64,000 nt of DNA from an uncultured Acidobacteriota bacterium. GTDB taxonomy: Bacteria > Acidobacteriota > Terriglobia > UBA7540. The translations under genes were made by a program, and so were the position numbers. A model generated the notes under the pieces. That model saw only the letters and a list, made by a program, of their open reading frames with translations. It searched no databases and was not told where the DNA came from. Position 1 is the stretch's first letter; every line of letters begins with the position of its first letter. Location: positions 6,070 to 70,069 of the forward strand of contig CAVTDA010000172.1 of NCBI GenBank assembly GCA_963733285.1. Reading direction: 5' to 3'. Positions 59,629-64,000 of the stretch are shown here, piece by piece.

Positions 59629-61428
59629 ATGGACCCGACCCGGTTAAGAAATCTCATTTCCGCCACGCTGGCAATCCTGCTCCTGGCGGTAGGCCAACTC
59701 AAAGCCCAGGATGACGTGGTATTGCGAGCGATGCGCGACGAGCTGGCTCGCTCGATGAAGCAGCTTGAGCTGGAAAAGCTCGAGAAGCCCTACTTCATCG
59801 CATATCGTGTACAGGAGAAACACACTGCCAGCGCTGTCGCCACCTTCGGAGCACTGCTCACCAGCTCCTCTCTTCATCAGCGTTTCCTGACAGTCGAAGT
59901 TCGAGTGGGCAGCACCAAGCTCGACAATACCAATTTCGTTTCGATGTCCTTTCTCAATCGCGGGGGATTGGCAGGAGGTTTTGGCGGCGTTGTGCAGCTT
60001 CCGCTGGAGGGCAGCTATAAGGAAATTCGCCGTCAGATCTGGCTTGCCACTGACAGCGCATACAAGAAGGCACTTGAAGACTTGTCACGCAAGCGAGCCG
60101 CGCTCCAAGACAAAACGAGCACTGAAGAGATTGCTGACTTCAGCTCGCAGGTGCCTGCGACCATCACTGAGGCGGCAGCACCGGTGAAGATTGACACCGC
60201 GCAACTCGAATCCCTGGCGCGCAACCTTTCCGGGGTCTTTGCGGGATCGCCCAATATCTTTATCGATTCCGCGCAGGTGACGATGGAGCAAACGTATACA
60301 CGCTACGTCAACAGCGAGGGAGCGACTTTTACACGTGATACCCCCGTAGCCAGCGTGGTTCTGCTGGCGGAGACGCAAGCGGAGGACGGCGCGCCTGTGC
60401 GGGATTTCCTTGCGGAATATGGGCATTCCCTTGAAGACTTGCCTGGTTCGGGCGAACTCGAGAATCGCGCCCGAACCATGGGTGAGCAACTGGAGAAGCT
60501 GCGCACCGCCTCAGTGGTGGATCACTACAACGGCCCGGTGCTCTTTGAAGGTCAGGCGGCAGCCGAGCTAATCAACCAGGTAATTGGCGCCGCAGTGCTT
60601 GCCCGGCGCCCTCCGGTGTCGGATATTCCGCAGTTTGATATGGTCAGCAGCCAAATGGGGAATCCATTTCAGGATCGGATTGGCAGCCACGTCCTGCCAG
60701 ACTTTCTGAGCGTGACTGACGATCCCACCTTGCGACGTTATCAGAACAAGCCATTGCAAGGGACATTCCGGGTTGACGACGATGGTGTACCCGCGCAGAG
60801 GACCGCGCTGGTGGTGAGCGGCACGCTGAAAACCCTGTTGGCTTCGCGCGATCCAATTGCGAGGATTGCGCACAGCACCGGGAGCCGACGAGGTGGGAGC
60901 GTTGCCCCGAGCAATTTGCTGGTCACGGTGACTCAGGGCCTGACCGACCAGGCCTTGAAAGCAAAACTGCTCAGCATGGTGCGGCAGCAGGAGATTCCAT
61001 TTGGGATTGTCATCGACCGAGTCGCGAATCCCATGCTTGGCGACCCCAAGGAGATGATGACCTCGCTCCTTAGCTCCGTCATGCCGGGACGGGATGGCGG
61101 TGGCTCGACCCAGGTGGTCATTGTCGCCCACAAAGTTTTTCCGGACGGCCACGAGGAGTTGGTGCGAAACGTGGCTATCGATGGCCTCAGCACTGCCACA
61201 TTCAAGGATGTTATGGCCGCATCCGCAAGCTCCTTCTTTTACACCACTCCCTTTCTTAGCATGAGGAACTCCGTGTTTTCCGTATTAGCCGGAGGCTCGC
61301 TGGCGGATACCTCTCCACCTTTGGTTACTTTAGTTGTGCCTTCCTTGCTCATCGACGACGTCACATTGAAGCGGTCGGTGAAAGAAATGCCGAAACCGCC
61401 CTTTTCGCCCAGACCAGTGGGAAATTAG
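59629..61428 (+). CDS. secreted TldD/PmbA-family protein (PmbA-like partner, no HExxxH seen)
   Basis: Signal peptide, same overall architecture and length as the preceding gene, adjacent on the same strand. Confidence 0.65.
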   Translation: MDPTRLRNLISATLAILLLAVGQLKAQDDVVLRAMRDELARSMKQLELEKLEKPYFIAYRVQEKHTASAVATFGALLTSSSLHQRFLTVEVRVGSTKLDNTNFVSMSFLNRGGLAGGFGGVVQLPLEGSYKEIRRQIWLATDSAYKKALEDLSRKRAALQDKTSTEEIADFSSQVPATITEAAAPVKIDTAQLESLARNLSGVFAGSPNIFIDSAQVTMEQTYTRYVNSEGATFTRDTPVASVVLLAETQAEDGAPVRDFLAEYGHSLEDLPGSGELENRARTMGEQLEKLRTASVVDHYNGPVLFEGQAAAELINQVIGAAVLARRPPVSDIPQFDMVSSQMGNPFQDRIGSHVLPDFLSVTDDPTLRRYQNKPLQGTFRVDDDGVPAQRTALVVSGTLKTLLASRDPIARIAHSTGSRRGGSVAPSNLLVTVTQGLTDQALKAKLLSMVRQQEIPFGIVIDRVANPMLGDPKEMMTSLLSSVMPGRDGGGSTQVVIVAHKVFPDGHEELVRNVAIDGLSTATFKDVMAASASSFFYTTPFLSMRNSVFSVLAGGSLADTSPPLVTLVVPSLLIDDVTLKRSVKEMPKPPFSPRPVGN

Positions 61429-61583
61429 GATCGCGGGCAGGTACATTCCTTTTGATACTTAAGGTCAAAGTACTGGCGGGCGATTGCGACGTTGCTCCGA
61501 GGGTGGTGGCCAGACCATTAGGAAAACCTGGAAGCTTTTCGTCTTCACGTTTTCCGGAGGAAAATTCCTTCCGAACCCTGTGT

Positions 61584-64000
61584 CTAAGCTCGGTTACCCG
61601 CTTTGATGACGCGGTCCACGAGGCTGCCGGGGCCGTAGGCGTTTGTCAAGTTCTGGCCCTCAAGCACGATGGGTAATGCCCAGAGTATCATGACCTGATA
61701 GTAGTCCGTTCCGATGTGGCGCTCGCCCGTATCGCCGCGGACCATGTTGGGCATGTCCCATGCGTGGCGCTGGCGGCAGACGAGATTTTCCCAGTGCCGG
61801 CGGGCAAGTTCGAGTCCATACTCCCGTTCGCCGTTTTGGATATAGATCATTGCGAGAAGCAGGACTTCCGCCACAACCATGGTATAGACGCCGTACGCGG
61901 CCACCTTGGAAGTGGCGACCAGCGGAGTTCCGTCCAGGCGCGCAAACGTTGCTGCGCCCACCTCGGGTGTCACGTGAATGTTGCAGCGTTTGATGGTCTG
62001 CAGCGTGGTTTTCACACGATCCGACTGAAATACTCCCGACAAGCCGTGGACGACCGCCGTCCACTCGCCATCCAACTGGCAACTCATGACGTCGTCGGAT
62101 TTCTTGTTCGTTTCCTTTTCGTAATAGTTCAAATAGTAGTCGCCGGCCCACATCTCGTTTTCCATTGCGTGTGAGCCCCCGGCCAGCCATGCCTGGCATT
62201 GCTTTGCGTAGGGTTCGTCGCCCATGTGGCGGGCCATGCGCTCCATGATCCGCAACTGAGCCAGATGCATGCCACCCAGATGCGTGCACATCCCGGCCCA
62301 TTCGCCGAGTTCAAACCACTCCATGCCTTTGTTGCCTTCGGGCATGCTGATGACGCCCGCCGGACCTTTGCGAAGGTTCATGGTCATGGTATTGCTCTTC
62401 TTAACCGAGCCGTAGAACTCGCGCAGCAGCGCGTCGTCACCCGTGCGTTGCCAGAGACGATCAAGCAGGTCGACGTAGGCGGTGGAATTCAAAGAAATCT
62501 GCCAGTCATACGCGGGAGTGACGAAGTCGGGCAGCGTGCCGAGAGTTCCCAGCAGGAAACGGAGCGGCGCCGTCTTCGCGCTGAAAATGCTTGTAGAGTC
62601 TCAGGTTCGACGTCGCGAGGTCGGGGAAAAAGTAGACATAAGGCAGATTGCCGTACCAGTCGCAGGGAATGTTGCCAACGTCCGGGCTTCCGCGTGGGCT
62701 CTCGATCAGCGCAAAGGCCCCTTCCGGGAATGCATAGTCGCCGAGCGGGGGCTTGGCCTGCGCCCAGCAACTGACCTCGGGAATGAGCGCCAGATTGTTC
62801 ACCAAACCATCGCGCAGCCAAACGGGCAGGCTGGTTTGAGAATAGATCACACTTTGCCACGCGAGAATGCGCTTCAAGATGGCTTCGTGCTCCACCGCCA
62901 TGCGCCGCGCAACATCGAGTGCGCTGCCGTAACGCGACGCGTACATCTGCGTATAATAGAGCGTGTCGCCCATCCATGCGGGCGCCTGCCATTGCTGGTC
63001 GGGATAGCTCGTCTTCCTGGCTTCGACCGCGGGCTTGTAAGCCCCCTGCCATACCGGCGCGTACCACGCGAGCAGAAATCGCACCACCTTGCTCTCACCC
63101 ACATCGAGCGAGAAATCGACTGCCGCCGAGCTGCTCGAGTCTGTAAAGATTCGCACGCCGCCCCACTCGCGCGGACTAGGTTGCGGCAGCTCCGTGCCAA
63201 TCCTGCTCCACGCGGTGGAGGCGGAATTGAGCCCCGCGCCAAAGCGGGGAGACTCGGCTCCCAGCACGCCGAGAACGTAATTCACTCCACCTTGCGAGGC
63301 CACAAACATGCCGTGAAAGTCTTCGTTCACCTCCTGCCGGGTGAACTCGCTGCTTAGCGCTTCTTGCGTGTCGGGGCCGGGAAAATTGAAAGCGATCGTT
63401 CCCTTTTGGAGCCCATCCGACCCATTGCGCAGGTGGACCTCAAACACCGAGGCGGGAATGTTGGAGGCCGGAGTATCGCCGGGGATAAACGGCGACCATG
63501 CGCGCAGGCCCACGCTGACCGGCGCGTCCGTCTCGAACTCGAGATCGGCCACAGGGTAATGTCCCCAGTAGTGAATTTCCTTGGCCGCACGGACGCCTTT
63601 CAGCAAAGTGGTTTTGACATTCGGATTGAAGCGGGTCAGTTTGAAGTTGGGGTCGCGGCAGTAGCTGATGTCGCCCCCATGCACCACCTGGTCCGTGGTC
63701 AGAACCCAGGCTTGGCCGCCGACCGCCAATCCCAGAAGCGGCTGAAGAGTCGGTGGCTTCCTTGCCATGCGCGAGCCTTCCGTCGCGATGCCGTGCGGCC
63801 AGTGCGACCATCCATTGAAGGCGCTATTGAAGCCGTAGACTCCCTTTACATCGAGGTCAATACAACCGGTGCTGATTCCTCCCAGGGGCACGCCACAACA
63901 AGGCGGCTTGGAAGGATGATAGATCGTGCCGGAGACGGACTGAGAGAATCCGGCGGCTGGAAATTCGTACCACTGCAATTCCGGGAGGCTGGTAGGAAAC
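61584..64000 (-). CDS. GH116-family (GBA2-type beta-glucosidase-like) glycoside hydrolase, one frame break, 5' end runs off the window
   Basis: N-terminal domain …CCGVPLGGISTGCIDLDVKGVYGFNSAFNGW…. Catalytic domain …GNIPCDWYGNLPYVYFFPDLA… and …MPEGNKGMEWFELGEWAGMCTHLGGMHLAQL…. The frames join at A-run 62557-62559 (…EDGAAPF / LLGTLGTLPDFVTPAYDWQISLNSTAYVDL…). The reading frame is still open at 64000. Confidence 0.8.

Overview
GC-rich bacterial chromosomal window with about 60 protein-coding genes. I found no rRNA, tRNA or CRISPR array by eye. The gene content looks like a soil Acidobacteriota-type genome, which is inference only: a CarboxypepD_reg-type TonB-dependent receptor, many secreted glycosidases and peptidases, DUF1080, TPR, a GxxExxY gene and REP-like GC hairpins. 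Gene order, left to right: M28 peptidase; pta; a DUF1858-NnrS membrane protein divergent from a radical SAM/SPASM gene; zinc-ribbon proteins; DinB; the lptE-asd-pssA-psd block; pstS-pstC-pstA-pstB-pstS2; a small signalling cluster (cNMP-binding, STAS-like, Hpt, LuxR-type response regulator); haem A genes (DUF420, ctaB, ctaA); a YhcG-type nuclease; a cupredoxin-like lipoprotein; an NPCBM/alpha-galactosidase-like hydrolase; pcm; a TPR protein; a GntR regulator next to a TonB-dependent receptor. Then comes an accessory island of about 6 kb (type I R-M hsdR, a GxxExxY gene, hsdM, no hsdS) sitting behind a lactonase gene. After it: three parS sites upstream of rsmG; msrA; a decayed Phd/Doc pair; polysaccharide deacetylase; RraA-like; DUF1080; 2H phosphoesterase; ABM monooxygenase; Fe-ADH; aminopeptidase; APC permease; a secreted TldD/PmbA pair; a GH116-like hydrolase. 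The most interesting region is the R-M island. It is bounded by 129-bp direct repeats copied from the lactonase 3' end. It is saturated with 14 copies of a 27-bp repeat (AACATGGATnnnCAGGATGnACAGGAT). These repeats bracket the GxxExxY gene and donate its start and stop codons. They form a MITE-like element of about 175 bp inserted in frame inside hsdM. They also form a tandem array of three and a fraction units behind hsdM. Major caveat: at least 15 genes, including essential ones (asd, lptE, pstA), are broken by frameshifts. Where I checked, the breaks fall in short homopolymer runs, so most apparent pseudogenes are probably sequence errors rather than biology.
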